Below, one piece after another: positions 47,638 to 57,521 of a stretch of 64,000 nucleotides of DNA (positions are counted from its first letter, which is position 1; each line of letters starts with the position of its first letter). The position numbers and the translations under genes are program-made. The stretch comes from a virus (lineage: Duplodnaviria > Caudoviricetes), in IMG/VR virus record IMGVR_UViG_2706796498_000001, positions 42,072 to 106,071 of that record; one strand, written 5' to 3'. A model generated the notes under the pieces. It saw only the letters and a list, made by a program, of their open reading frames with translations, was not told the DNA's origin and ran no database searches.

Positions 47638-48165
47638 ATGGATAATAAATATGAATTAACAGATAACATTAAAGTAGTAGATGGTCATACCCTACATCAA
47701 ATTAAAGCGTTAAAATCTTTTGGTAATGTAAAGAAAGGAGATCTAGGGGGCTGGATTGAAGATTATCGTAATCTATCCCAATCAGGTAACTCTTGGGTAT
47801 ATGATAATGCACAGGTTTTTGATTATGCCTTTGTTTGTGGTAATGCTTCGATTGAGGACCATGCTTCAATTGAGAGTGATGCTAGTGTTTTCTCTAATGC
47901 AAAAGTTTTTGGTAAAGCCGTGATTGATGATCGTGCACAGGTTTTTGGTAATGCAAAAGTTTTTGATAATGCTTGGGTATATAATAACGCCCAGGTTTAT
48001 GGTAACGCCCAAGTATCTGGTGACGCCGAAGTTTTTGATAATGCTAAGGTATATGATTATTCCGCAGTTTTAGGTAATTCATTGATTGCTGGTAACAGCC
48101 ATGTTCTTGGTGACGCTAGAGTTGATGGGAACCTTTTGATTCAGGGGGGATCTACCATTTCCTAA
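47638..48165 (+). CDS. Hexapeptide-repeat (left-handed beta-helix) protein, paralog 1
   Basis: KYELTD...IKAL..F..VKKGDLGGWIE..NLSQ head followed by (V/I)(Y/F)(G/D)NAx repeats. Confidence 0.85.
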   Translation: MDNKYELTDNIKVVDGHTLHQIKALKSFGNVKKGDLGGWIEDYRNLSQSGNSWVYDNAQVFDYAFVCGNASIEDHASIESDASVFSNAKVFGKAVIDDRAQVFGNAKVFDNAWVYNNAQVYGNAQVSGDAEVFDNAKVYDYSAVLGNSLIAGNSHVLGDARVDGNLLIQGGSTIS

Positions 48166-48195
48166 TGGTTGGTTTTTATAGGAGAATCATAGTTT

Positions 48196-48402
48196 ATGAA
48201 ACTATATAAGGTAGTTAAAAAGAATATACCAGTAGAAGCATACCAAACAGAAAAGCCACTTGATATTCATACCCTTGAAGGGGTAATGCACGCAAATGCA
48301 GGGGACTGGATTATTACCGGAGTAGAAGGTGAACAGTGGCCAGTAAAGAAAGATATATTTAAAAAAACATACACCATCCTTTCGGAATTTCCGAATAGTT
48401 GA
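48196..48402 (+). CDS. Small PGDYG-like phage protein
   Basis: PVEAYQ, TLEG.M.A..GDWIITGVEGEQWP.K.DIF.KTY. Confidence 0.7.
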   Translation: MKLYKVVKKNIPVEAYQTEKPLDIHTLEGVMHANAGDWIITGVEGEQWPVKKDIFKKTYTILSEFPNS

Positions 48403-48461
48403 CCTCCTGGTACGCTAGTGGCGGGATATTAAATGCTATGATTAAAGAAAAGGAGATTCTT

Positions 48462-49079
48462 ATGAATAATAAATATGAATTAACAGATAACACTAAGCTA
48501 CTGGAAGGCCATACCCTTCATCGAATTAAGGCTTTAAAAGACTTTAGTAATGTAAAGAAGGGAGATCTAGGTGGTTGGATTGAAGATTACTCTAACCTAT
48601 CCCAATTAGATAACGCATGGGTCTATGATGACGCTAAAGTTTTAGGTAATGCCTTGATTTATGGTAATGCAATTGTCTATAATAATGCTATGGTTTATGG
48701 TAACGCTAAAGTTTTAGGTGACGCCATGGTTGAGGACTATGCACAGATTTTAGGTAATGCCTGGGTTTATGGTAATACTTATGTATATAATAATGCTATG
48801 GTTTATGGTAACGCACATATCTATGGTGATACCCAAGTGTTTGATAATGCCAAGGTCTATGGTAATGCCCGGGTTTATGATAATGCTTATGTATATAATA
48901 ATGCTATGGTTTATGGTGATGTGCAAGTTTATGGTGGATCCTATGTATATGGTTACACTAGAGTTTGTGGCCATATCCAGATTTATGGTGACGCTAGAGT
49001 TGGCGGAGGCCTTTGGATTAACGGTAGCGCTGAAATTGGTGGAAGCCTTCGTGTTGATGGGAGTGCTGTAACTGACTAA
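48462..49079 (+). CDS. Hexapeptide-repeat protein, paralog 2
   Basis: Same head and repeats; ATG 48462 with SD AAGGAG. Confidence 0.85.
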   Translation: MNNKYELTDNTKLLEGHTLHRIKALKDFSNVKKGDLGGWIEDYSNLSQLDNAWVYDDAKVLGNALIYGNAIVYNNAMVYGNAKVLGDAMVEDYAQILGNAWVYGNTYVYNNAMVYGNAHIYGDTQVFDNAKVYGNARVYDNAYVYNNAMVYGDVQVYGGSYVYGYTRVCGHIQIYGDARVGGGLWINGSAEIGGSLRVDGSAVTD

Positions 49080-49097
49080 CAGTTAGGGGGGTATCAA

Positions 49098-49553
49098 ATG
49101 GATAATAAATATGAATTAACAGATAATACTAAGGAAGTGGAAGGCCATGTCCTTCATCAAATTAAGGCTTTAAAGTCCTTTGGTGACGTTAAGAAGGGCG
49201 ATTTAGGTGGCTGGGTTGAAGATTATGATAACCTATCACAATATGGTAGTGCCTGGGTCTATGGTGATGCAATGGTTGGTGATGACGCAAGGATTGAAGA
49301 TCATGCACGGGTTTATGATAATGCCCGGGTATATGATAACGCATGGGTCTATGATCACACTAAGGTTTTAGATAATGCGAAAGTTTATGATAATGCTTGT
49401 ATCTATGATCATGCTAGAGTATTAGATAATGCCCAAGTTGGTGGTAATGCTAAGGTTCATGATGACGCTCAAGTTTTTGGTCAAAGTCAGGTTATGGGTG
49501 ACGCTAACGTTGGTGGAGACCTTTGGATTAACGGTAGCGCTTTAGTTTGCTAA
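49098..49553 (+). CDS. Hexapeptide-repeat protein, paralog 3
   Basis: Same head and repeats. Confidence 0.85.
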   Translation: MDNKYELTDNTKEVEGHVLHQIKALKSFGDVKKGDLGGWVEDYDNLSQYGSAWVYGDAMVGDDARIEDHARVYDNARVYDNAWVYDHTKVLDNAKVYDNACIYDHARVLDNAQVGGNAKVHDDAQVFGQSQVMGDANVGGDLWINGSALVC

Positions 49554-49571
49554 TAGCTAGGAGGTTAAAAA

Positions 49572-50831
49572 ATGGAAGTACAAGATATTTTAGGACAACT
49601 CAACGGTAGCGACAACCTAGTTACTTATGGTAGCACTAGCATGGGTGAAATTAACGACTGGTTGCCAACGTTAATGCCTCGGTTTGATTACAACTTAGTT
49701 GGTGGTTTCCCTGCTAGTGGTCGGGTGTCCGAAGTAGCAGGTAAGAGTAGCGCAGGTAAGTCTAGTTTGATGGGTCTTATGATTAAGAACCTTCAAAAGA
49801 TGGGCGGAATTACGATTTACTATGACGTTGAAGGGACACAAGACGCTAGTCGGTTAGAGGAACTGGGTGCTGACCCTAACCAAGTTTTAACCATGAAGCC
49901 AAAGCGACTTAAAGATGGTACCATGGAAGAACTATCAGTTGAATCTATTGGTAAAAGCATTGTTGAAACCCTTGCTAAGATTCACGAAGCTGATCCGAAT
50001 CGGGTAGTTTTGTTTGTGTGGGACACCGTTGCAATGACCAATTCTTCCATGCAAGCAGAAGGTGAATTAGGGCAACAGTTGGTTGGGCAACAAGCTCGGG
50101 CCTTAGCGGTGGTAGGACGTAAGATTCAAGTTAATTTAATTGCTAATAACGGTATGTTAATTGCCCTTAACCAAGCACGTGATGATTTTAATGCCCCAAA
50201 CCCACGCTATGCACAACTCAAGACAGTTGGTGGTAAGGGTTGGGAACACCTATTATCCACCCGTATCACATTACAGAAATCAGGTAATCTAAAGGCGAAG
50301 TCTACTGATACCAAGCCTATTGGTCAGATTACTCGGGTTAAGGTAGTTAAGTCCAAGGTTGGTGAGAACTGGGGAAGCGACTTTCAGGCCGGTATTATTG
50401 GTAAGTGGGGTTATGATCTCGAATTAAACCTAGTATTAGAGGGTCAAGACGCTGGAATTATCTCCACGGGTCGTTCAGTTAAGTATACTAATGAAGATGG
50501 CGAAGTCTTAATTGGTGGTCGGAATACGATGGACTTAGTGGAGAAGCTCAAGGAACCTGAAAATCAAGCAATCCGTGATCGTCTATGGCAACAACTAATT
50601 AAGGACTTTTTCCCACAATGTTACCCACCTTTGTTTAACACGACCCTGATTATGTATGAAGATAAGTTCCCAATGATTAAGGGAATGCGTGAATACTATA
50701 TCCACCAACAGCAGAAGTTAGAACCTAAGTACCAAGAATACAACTATAAGCACTTTATGAGTGAGTATAGCAAAGGTAACTTACCTGATCGATTGGCTAA
50801 GGAAGTGGGGGAAATTCTCAATGAACAATAA
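49572..50831 (+). CDS. recA: RecA/UvsX-like recombinase
   Basis: GGFP.GRVSEVAGKSSAGKS, YYDVEG, WDTVA, GQQARAL, LNQARD, GGKGWEH. Confidence 0.92.
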   Translation: MEVQDILGQLNGSDNLVTYGSTSMGEINDWLPTLMPRFDYNLVGGFPASGRVSEVAGKSSAGKSSLMGLMIKNLQKMGGITIYYDVEGTQDASRLEELGADPNQVLTMKPKRLKDGTMEELSVESIGKSIVETLAKIHEADPNRVVLFVWDTVAMTNSSMQAEGELGQQLVGQQARALAVVGRKIQVNLIANNGMLIALNQARDDFNAPNPRYAQLKTVGGKGWEHLLSTRITLQKSGNLKAKSTDTKPIGQITRVKVVKSKVGENWGSDFQAGIIGKWGYDLELNLVLEGQDAGIISTGRSVKYTNEDGEVLIGGRNTMDLVEKLKEPENQAIRDRLWQQLIKDFFPQCYPPLFNTTLIMYEDKFPMIKGMREYYIHQQQKLEPKYQEYNYKHFMSEYSKGNLPDRLAKEVGEILNEQ

Positions 50832-51183
50832 TCAAATTGTTGACGACTTACTCGCCTACCTCAAGTTATATGAACAGCCACAGCCAGAATCACGATTGGG
50901 GCCTCGTTTTACGGAGGACGTGTACCAAGAATATCGGGATAAGTTTGACAAGCATATTCAAAATGGTGATCGGGCTTTTATCTATCGTTCTAAAGCCAAG
51001 ACCCCAAACTCAACTGCCGTGGTAACGTTTATTGAAACCTATCCTCGTTTTGCCCGTGGTTATGTAGTTAATAAGTTAAGTGGCGTCAAGATTCCATATA
51101 CCCTAAACTTCTGTAACCTAATCACTAAAGATGTCTATAACCCAGAATCTTGTTGGTCAGACGGTTCTAGTCTTTGGGAATAG
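50821..51183 (+). CDS. Conserved hypothetical protein between recA and sigma factor
   Basis: YPRFARGY...IPYTLN motif; synteny with Twort-like phages. Confidence 0.65.
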   Translation: MNNNQIVDDLLAYLKLYEQPQPESRLGPRFTEDVYQEYRDKFDKHIQNGDRAFIYRSKAKTPNSTAVVTFIETYPRFARGYVVNKLSGVKIPYTLNFCNLITKDVYNPESCWSDGSSLWE

Positions 51184-51257
51184 TGTACAATTATAATAAA
51201 TAAGTTGAAATAGTCTTAGCATTATGCTAAGGCTTTTTTGTGTTAAAGGGGTAAATT

Positions 51258-51953
51258 ATGGTTAATAAAACTGGATATAATGATGATAAGAAGAATGTCT
51301 TTAACGAACTTAATGGTATCTACATTGGGTCTAAGGGTGATAAACTAACCTTTTTACGGGATCCCGAAAAGTTACTTAAAACCTATGATAACTTGATTAA
51401 GTCCTTGGGCCGTTTATATGGTGGAACAGAAACTAAGATGAGTTATACTGATCGCCAAGAATTATATGCTTATATCTCGGAAGTATTCATTGATCTAGTA
51501 AAAGAATACGATATGGAGAACGATGTAGACTTTCCGGGCTACATTTTAATGATGATGAAGATCCGCATTCGGGGTAGCTACCTAGAACACAAACACCGTT
51601 ATGACCAACACATTACCCCGTTGAAGTCAGAAACTTTGACTGTGGAAGATTTAATCGACTATAACTATGATCAACCTAAACTGTCTTATGGTCAGTCTAA
51701 GAAGAAGAACAGTGTGATTAGTAAGATCATTAGTATGGGTGATAATAATGAAATTGATGAATTTACCATTAACACGATTCGTATGATTAAAAACAATTCA
51801 TCACACGTAGAACCCCTAGTTGAGATTGTACTAATGGTAGGAGTAGAGGGATATTCATTAAGGGAAAGTCTGGAGTTCATTAAAAAAGAATATCATTTGA
51901 GTAACAAGGAAGTAAACGAGTATGTAGAGGAACTCAAAGGGTATCTAGAATAG
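51258..51953 (+). CDS. Phage RNA polymerase sigma factor
   Basis: RDPEKL...Y.NL, QELYAYISEVFIDLVKEYD...VDFPGYI region-2-like motif of Twort-type sigma factors. Confidence 0.82.
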   Translation: MVNKTGYNDDKKNVFNELNGIYIGSKGDKLTFLRDPEKLLKTYDNLIKSLGRLYGGTETKMSYTDRQELYAYISEVFIDLVKEYDMENDVDFPGYILMMMKIRIRGSYLEHKHRYDQHITPLKSETLTVEDLIDYNYDQPKLSYGQSKKKNSVISKIISMGDNNEIDEFTINTIRMIKNNSSHVEPLVEIVLMVGVEGYSLRESLEFIKKEYHLSNKEVNEYVEELKGYLE

Positions 51954-51971
51954 CTATTTCTATAAAAACTG

Positions 51972-51999
51972 TTGACAATCTACCTAGCCGTGTTATCAT
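51972..51999 (+). promoter_or_regulatory. sigmaA-type promoter
   Basis: TTGACA-16-(TGT)TATCAT followed by an early-type leader. Confidence 0.7.
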
Positions 52000-52034
52000 A
52001 TAGTTGTCGAAAGGATAAAAGAAAGGAGTTTCTT

Positions 52035-52418
52035 ATGAACAAGAAGTATGAATTAACGGATAACATTAAAGTAGTAGATGGTCATGTCCTTCATCAAATT
52101 AAGGCTTTAAGGTCTTTTGATGGCGTAAGGAAGGGTGAGCTAGGTGGTTGGATTGAAGGATATGACAATCTTTCTCAATCTGATACTGCTTGGGCTTATA
52201 ATAATGCTAAAGTTTATGAAGATGCTCTAGTTTGTGATAAAGCTAAGGTTTATGGTAATGTTAAAGTTTATGGATTCGCTTGGGTTTGCGATAATGCTGT
52301 GGTTTATGGTAACGCTCATGTTTCTGGATATGCTGTAGTTTGTGATAATGCTACTATATATGGTTATAATAAGGTTTGTTGTGGCGTTTTTGGCTCGGGG
52401 GGTCGATGTGGTTTCTAA
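52035..52418 (+). CDS. Hexapeptide-repeat protein, paralog 4
   Basis: Same head; ATG 52035 with SD AAGGAG. Confidence 0.85.
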   Translation: MNKKYELTDNIKVVDGHVLHQIKALRSFDGVRKGELGGWIEGYDNLSQSDTAWAYNNAKVYEDALVCDKAKVYGNVKVYGFAWVCDNAVVYGNAHVSGYAVVCDNATIYGYNKVCCGVFGSGGRCGF

Positions 52419-52438
52419 TGGTTGGGGGTATTTAAAGA

Positions 52439-52795
52439 ATGTATAACAGTGAATATCGAATCTGGAGTGAAGAATATCAGGATTACACACCAACCTTTGT
52501 GGTGGCGCAAGATGGTACCATCTTAGACCCTAATAATCTAACCTTCATGGACGTAATTGGTCATGTAGGTAAAGACTTTAAAGTTGAATATAACTTACAC
52601 CAGCAAGATAGCAAGGGTCATGATATATACGATGGTGATTTAATCGAAAGTAATGGCGGGGACTTATACAAAGTTCATTTTGATAAAGAAAAGTTAGTTT
52701 ACAAGATTGGTCAATTTACTTTTAATGACCCCAAATTAGCTTTGATTAAGCCCTACACGATTGTTGGCAATATCCATCAGGGCTATATTAAATAG
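52439..52795 (+). CDS. YopX-family protein
   Basis: YRIW, DSKGHDIYDGDLI, IVGNIHQ. Confidence 0.8.
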   Translation: MYNSEYRIWSEEYQDYTPTFVVAQDGTILDPNNLTFMDVIGHVGKDFKVEYNLHQQDSKGHDIYDGDLIESNGGDLYKVHFDKEKLVYKIGQFTFNDPKLALIKPYTIVGNIHQGYIK

Positions 52796-52814
52796 AAAGG
52801 GGGAAATAATTTAA

Positions 52815-53087
52815 ATGGCAAGTACATTAATTTTGAATGCTTACGATCAGAATGGTCAACTGGTAGCACAAGGAAATCCGGGAGCTTCCTCGGTAACTCT
52901 AAAGGGGATTGCTTCTGTTGACGCAAGCAAGTATCAAGTAGCTTTTGAAGATGGCGATGGGCGTATGTCACCAAAGGTTGCTGTTGGGTCAACCGCTGTC
53001 ACGGGTGCTAGTTCACCTACATCGGCTTCATCGGCTACAAGCGGGTCTGCTTCTCCTACTTCTGGCAGTGGATCCTCCACTCATTAA
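52815..53087 (+). CDS. Small Ig/FN3-like virion decoration protein with Ser-rich tail
   Basis: LNAYD..G.LVA.G....VTL.G...YQVAF......SPKVAV; late motif upstream; synteny after sigma factor. Confidence 0.55.
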   Translation: MASTLILNAYDQNGQLVAQGNPGASSVTLKGIASVDASKYQVAFEDGDGRMSPKVAVGSTAVTGASSPTSASSATSGSASPTSGSGSSTH

Positions 53088-53178
53088 ATTCTTTAAGTCA
53101 TATCCTAAATTGGGTATGGCTTTTTTATTGACCTCGTGGTATAATAATGATAATTCTTAGATAAATGCGAGGTTTATT

Positions 53179-54672
53179 ATGCAAAGCAAAGAAATTACTT
53201 GGGCTGTTTTAGGACATTTAGCCAATCAGTACCAGAATAGTGTTAGTCTTAGCTTAGTTAATTCTTACTTTAAGGACTATGGCTTAGACCAAGTTAATCA
53301 ACAAGAATTAATGAAACTTGTTGGTGAAGTTAGTGTTAAGGATAGTGAAGCTAATAAGGTTTATCTACAATACAAGCTGGGTAAAGATCTAAACTCAATC
53401 TATCGAGATGATGTTACGAGTACCAATACTTATAAGTATATTGGTAAGGATAATCACCCTCACCAAGTAACCTTAGAGGATCTAAAGAACATTGCTTTGA
53501 TTGTCGATGAGTTACAACAAGCTAGTCCTAGCCATACGTTCTCATGGCGTAAGGTAGAAAAGTTAAGTGCTAAGCATGACTTGATCTTTTCAAGTAAGCA
53601 AGAGTTTAAGGACAAGGTATTGGCAGTCCTCGATGAGATGAAGGAACAACCGTCCGTTAAGAAAAGCCCGAAGCAAGCTCGTTTCTTGCAGGAGACCTTA
53701 ACAGATGAATTAGGTATCTTAGCAACTCGTAAGCGGGCCTTACAGAATGACCAACGACACATTAACAAGGCTCGCCGGGTGTTATCTGATGTTGCCTTAA
53801 CGAAGCAAGCCATCATTGAAGTGATGGCAGAACCCTTAATTATTAAGCAACCAAGTAAGGAAGATGTAGAAACCTATGACCAAGAAGATAGCACCTTGTT
53901 TGTATGTATTTCAGATGTTCATATGGGAGCCGTTCAGAAGCTCAATTCCAGTACCTTAACCAGTTATAATACAGATGAGGCTGTGGTTCGCTTAAATAGG
54001 TATTTGCACAAAGCCAAGGAAACTATTCGTCTGTATCACCCCAAGGAAGTTAATGTGGTAATGATGGGTGATCTAGTTGAAAATGTTCAAATGCGTAAGA
54101 ATCAAGGTTGGTCTGTTCAAGGAACTTTGGCTCAACAAATCCGTTGGGGTTCGTCGGCTATGGTTAACTTTATGTCAATGCTATGCAACACCTATCCTGA
54201 TCTCACCTTTACCTATACCGAAATTGAGGGTAATCACGATCGGTTCGCTCCCGACAAGAAAGATGAATTACCACAAGACGGGGTTAGTTTAGTAGCTCGA
54301 ACTATTATCGATACTGCCACTAAGGATATTAAGAATTTATATGTATTGGATCCCGAAGATGAGTATCGTCATCTAGTCCAAGATCATGGAAATAACCTCC
54401 TGTTTGTGCATGGTGACAAGGACAAGTTAGCTAACAATGATATTTTAGGCAAACTATCCACCTTCTTAGACACACCTTTAGACGCCGTAATTGGTGGACA
54501 CTTACATTCATTACAAGCTCATGAAGTTGGCAATCGTAAGTTAGTCTTACAGACTGGTTCAGTAATTGGGTCAACTGATTACTCTAATTCATTAGGAGTA
54601 GCCAGTGCCCCAAGCCAATTAATGATATTAAGTAATGAAGAAGGTATTCAACCAATTTTCACCTTCTTGTAA
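53179..54672 (+). CDS. Calcineurin-like metallophosphoesterase with N-terminal extension
   Basis: SDVH, GDLVE, GNHDR, VHGD, GHLH motifs. Confidence 0.88.
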   Translation: MQSKEITWAVLGHLANQYQNSVSLSLVNSYFKDYGLDQVNQQELMKLVGEVSVKDSEANKVYLQYKLGKDLNSIYRDDVTSTNTYKYIGKDNHPHQVTLEDLKNIALIVDELQQASPSHTFSWRKVEKLSAKHDLIFSSKQEFKDKVLAVLDEMKEQPSVKKSPKQARFLQETLTDELGILATRKRALQNDQRHINKARRVLSDVALTKQAIIEVMAEPLIIKQPSKEDVETYDQEDSTLFVCISDVHMGAVQKLNSSTLTSYNTDEAVVRLNRYLHKAKETIRLYHPKEVNVVMMGDLVENVQMRKNQGWSVQGTLAQQIRWGSSAMVNFMSMLCNTYPDLTFTYTEIEGNHDRFAPDKKDELPQDGVSLVARTIIDTATKDIKNLYVLDPEDEYRHLVQDHGNNLLFVHGDKDKLANNDILGKLSTFLDTPLDAVIGGHLHSLQAHEVGNRKLVLQTGSVIGSTDYSNSLGVASAPSQLMILSNEEGIQPIFTFL

Positions 54673-54682
54673 GGAGCTGTAT

Positions 54683-55183
54683 ATGTCTAAAGTTAAAGAA
54701 GAAACTCAAAAGATACTTCAACGATCTCCAGAATACTGGGCCTTCAACTCATCAGTATGTCTATTAATTTCCTTTATCGCCATTGGGGCTGTTATGATTC
54801 TCGACTTTTTCATGCGAGTATGGTGGTTAGATTTAATCTTATATCTAGTTGCTTTTGCTAGTTTTGATCGGGCGATGTTTTATACTTATAGTTATGGGCA
54901 ATCGTCCTTGATGTTTTTCTGGGACAAACTAATTGTTCACTATGAAGATGAAAAGAACAATAAGCACACTGCTTATCTTCTTTCAGAAAAGGCAATTGAT
55001 AATTATATTCCTGATACAGTCTACTTTCTAGCTCATAAAGATGGTCAACTTTTACTAGATGAAAAGCAGGATTTGTTTGCCTTTTACGATAAAGAAAGCG
55101 CAGTTGAATATGGCAAGGGGCTAGAGGAAGATGTTCTAGTAATGCCCTTAAACCTAACTAGGGGTGATCAAAGTGAACAATAA
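54683..55183 (+). CDS. Membrane protein
   Basis: Two hydrophobic segments; ATG 54683 with SD AAGGAG. Confidence 0.65.
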   Translation: MSKVKEETQKILQRSPEYWAFNSSVCLLISFIAIGAVMILDFFMRVWWLDLILYLVAFASFDRAMFYTYSYGQSSLMFFWDKLIVHYEDEKNNKHTAYLLSEKAIDNYIPDTVYFLAHKDGQLLLDEKQDLFAFYDKESAVEYGKGLEEDVLVMPLNLTRGDQSEQ

Positions 55184-55721
55184 CTTAGAAGTTTTATCTG
55201 GGGTAGTCGTATATAATGACAAACCCTATTATTATGTAGAACAAGTAACAGGTGATGATGGTAGCTTGATCTTGGCCTATGAATTTAGCAAGGCCAGTTT
55301 AAGGGAATATAACAAAAGTAAGGATTTAAAAGTCTTAGCAAAGAAGTCATTAATTAAGACCCAGCGAGTACAGCGGTTTGATAGTGAATCAACTGATCTA
55401 AGCAAAGATATGAGTTTAGTTAAGCCGCATGAAGCCACTAGGCAAGTATTGGTTTATAAGCCGGCCATCTTTGTTAGTCCGGTTACAGATGGAATTGATA
55501 CTGATACTAATAGCTATTGCCTAGGCTTTTATGAAATGAAGCCGGATAATTATGATGGCCCAGTATCTAATCAGTATGTAGAACCAGAAATGACTGGTAT
55601 CTTTATTGGTTTTCACCACGTTTACTGGACTAAGGAAGTGGTTGATTTTAGTAAGTGGCAAGGTTACTTAGAACCAATGTATCGTAACTACATGGACTAT
55701 TTCAGGTATGGGAATGGATAA
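55173..55721 (+). CDS. Conserved hypothetical protein
   Basis: YKPAIFVSP...GFY...GIFIG motif; Twort-like synteny. Confidence 0.6.
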   Translation: MNNNLEVLSGVVVYNDKPYYYVEQVTGDDGSLILAYEFSKASLREYNKSKDLKVLAKKSLIKTQRVQRFDSESTDLSKDMSLVKPHEATRQVLVYKPAIFVSPVTDGIDTDTNSYCLGFYEMKPDNYDGPVSNQYVEPEMTGIFIGFHHVYWTKEVVDFSKWQGYLEPMYRNYMDYFRYGNG

Positions 55722-56361
55722 TTTATACGAAGATGAGATTAAGAACAGTGTCTTGCATAATCAAGAACTGTTTGAAAATGACGTTGGTAAACTTGGTCAA
55801 TCATGTATCTTATACGAGAAAAAGTTAAATAAACGGGTTATCTCTGATGTTCTCTTATGTAGTAGTACCCAAGGAATTATCGGGATTGAGATTAAGACCA
55901 TTCATGATACTTTAGCTCGGTTGCCTCACCAATTAGAATCTTATAGTTTAGTTTGCAACTATGTTTATGTACTCTGTCAAGACAAGTTAATTGACAAAGT
56001 TAAGCATTTACTAACGGAACTTAAACTGTATTGGGTTGGTTTAATCTCCTATGAGGAGTTTGAATCAGCCCCTCTATTAGGTTTAATCAAGCCTGCTACT
56101 CTTAGTCCTCGAGTTAACACAAAGGATAGTTCGAGGTTACTGTGGCGTAGTGAACGGGCTACTATCCTAAAGTATTTAGAGGGGTCAACTTATTATACTC
56201 GCAAGAGTTTGTCTTATCATTTTAATCGGATTCCCACTGCTCAAGCCCAACGATTAATCGCTAGTCTATACGCTTATCATAAAACTAGCCTATCACACCC
56301 GTTACAACGTTATCATTTTCATGACACTTATGTCCATGATACAACGGGGTATCAGGTATGA
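55708..56361 (+). CDS. sce7726-like PD-(D/E)xK nuclease-fold protein
   Basis: SDVL...IGIEIKT..DTL.RL..QL..YSLVCNYVYV. Confidence 0.7.
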   Translation: MGMDNLYEDEIKNSVLHNQELFENDVGKLGQSCILYEKKLNKRVISDVLLCSSTQGIIGIEIKTIHDTLARLPHQLESYSLVCNYVYVLCQDKLIDKVKHLLTELKLYWVGLISYEEFESAPLLGLIKPATLSPRVNTKDSSRLLWRSERATILKYLEGSTYYTRKSLSYHFNRIPTAQAQRLIASLYAYHKTSLSHPLQRYHFHDTYVHDTTGYQV

Positions 56362-56909
56362 CTAAACAGAAAGAAAGCATTAGTTTAAGAGGGGTTAGCT
56401 TAACTGGTAAAAGCTATATGATGTCAGAGAAAGGTTTCTACCTGCAAGGCTTTAACACCACCTTAAACCACCTTACAACTGCTCATCTAAAGAATTATCT
56501 GAACTATGGGCGGGACTTGGTGTCTAGATATGAACATTTAGACCCAAGGTTGATTCAGTTTAAACTAATTCATGAAGAACAGAATTTGTCTACTGTTACC
56601 GAAGTTCATAGTGTTAGAACTGGAGCCATTGTAGCGGGAAAGTTGTATGTTACCGTTCAAATCTTAAATGAAGATGATGTTAAGATTAACTATAACTACC
56701 GCTTTAGAACCAGTTCAGAAGATTTCTTTAACCGTCAACCAAATTTAAACCCTAGTATTAGTGGTGCCAACAGCGAAACCATGAGATTAAAAGCCCTCGG
56801 GCAATCAGTATCGAAGGGGAAGGGCGATAAAGGACGGTTTAGCAACCATAAGTATGTTAGAATTAGAAACAAGAATGAATCTAAACGTCGAAAATATAAG
56901 GAGTATTAA
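56358..56909 (+). CDS. Hypothetical protein with basic C-terminus
   Basis: ATGA-coupled ORF. Confidence 0.6.
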   Translation: MTKQKESISLRGVSLTGKSYMMSEKGFYLQGFNTTLNHLTTAHLKNYLNYGRDLVSRYEHLDPRLIQFKLIHEEQNLSTVTEVHSVRTGAIVAGKLYVTVQILNEDDVKINYNYRFRTSSEDFFNRQPNLNPSISGANSETMRLKALGQSVSKGKGDKGRFSNHKYVRIRNKNESKRRKYKEY

Positions 56910-57263
56910 ATGATTAGTAAAGAATATATCAAGGAACCATTATACAAGTTTATTGCTAGTGAAGGATTTAAGAAGTATTACCAACAAGCCGTGCTTAATG
57001 AAGCAGTTCGGGTTCAGCAAGTTCCCGGGTTTGTAGTTAGTGTACCTAATAAGGGGAATCAATCCTTTAAGGTTCAATTGACTAGCAACCACCAAGAAGT
57101 CAAGGTAACTCGGGTTGACAATTTCTCCCGGGTTGAGGTTGGTTTCTTTCCACTTGTTGAGGAGGACAAGCAAAAGCCCAGCAAGCCTAAGACTACCCAT
57201 CGGGCTAAGACTACGACTACTCGTAAGAAAACTACTACAACTAAGAAAGTAGAATCCAAGTAG
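56910..57263 (+). CDS. Hypothetical protein with Lys/Thr-rich tail
   Basis: ORF with SD AAGGAG. Confidence 0.6.
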   Translation: MISKEYIKEPLYKFIASEGFKKYYQQAVLNEAVRVQQVPGFVVSVPNKGNQSFKVQLTSNHQEVKVTRVDNFSRVEVGFFPLVEEDKQKPSKPKTTHRAKTTTTRKKTTTTKKVESK

Positions 57264-57521
57264 TTTAATTAACACCATAATTTTAACCTAATTCTGGGTA
57301 AAAGTTAGTCTAAAATGGGTAGTTATATTTAATAGTTTAACTAACAAATGTAAACAACCTTTTGATAAAGCTAACCCCTTGATTTTACTAGGTTTTAGCC
57401 TAACTATATCCCCCCCATAATAGCCCCTTATTAGCTCGTAAATAGGCTTATAGGGGGTTTAAAAATAACTTGTGGAGTGTTTAGTATATATTATGGTAAA
57501 ATAGCCTAGGGGTGAAATAAG

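Noticed and set aside
47638-49553. Hexapeptide paralogs as a diversity-generating retroelement or CRISPR-like array
   Set aside because: Repeats are in-frame coding; no reverse transcriptase, no adenine-specific template/variable pair, no repeat-spacer structure
56940-57278. Minus-strand ORFs opposite the K/T-rich gene
   Set aside because: Antisense shadows of low-complexity sequence
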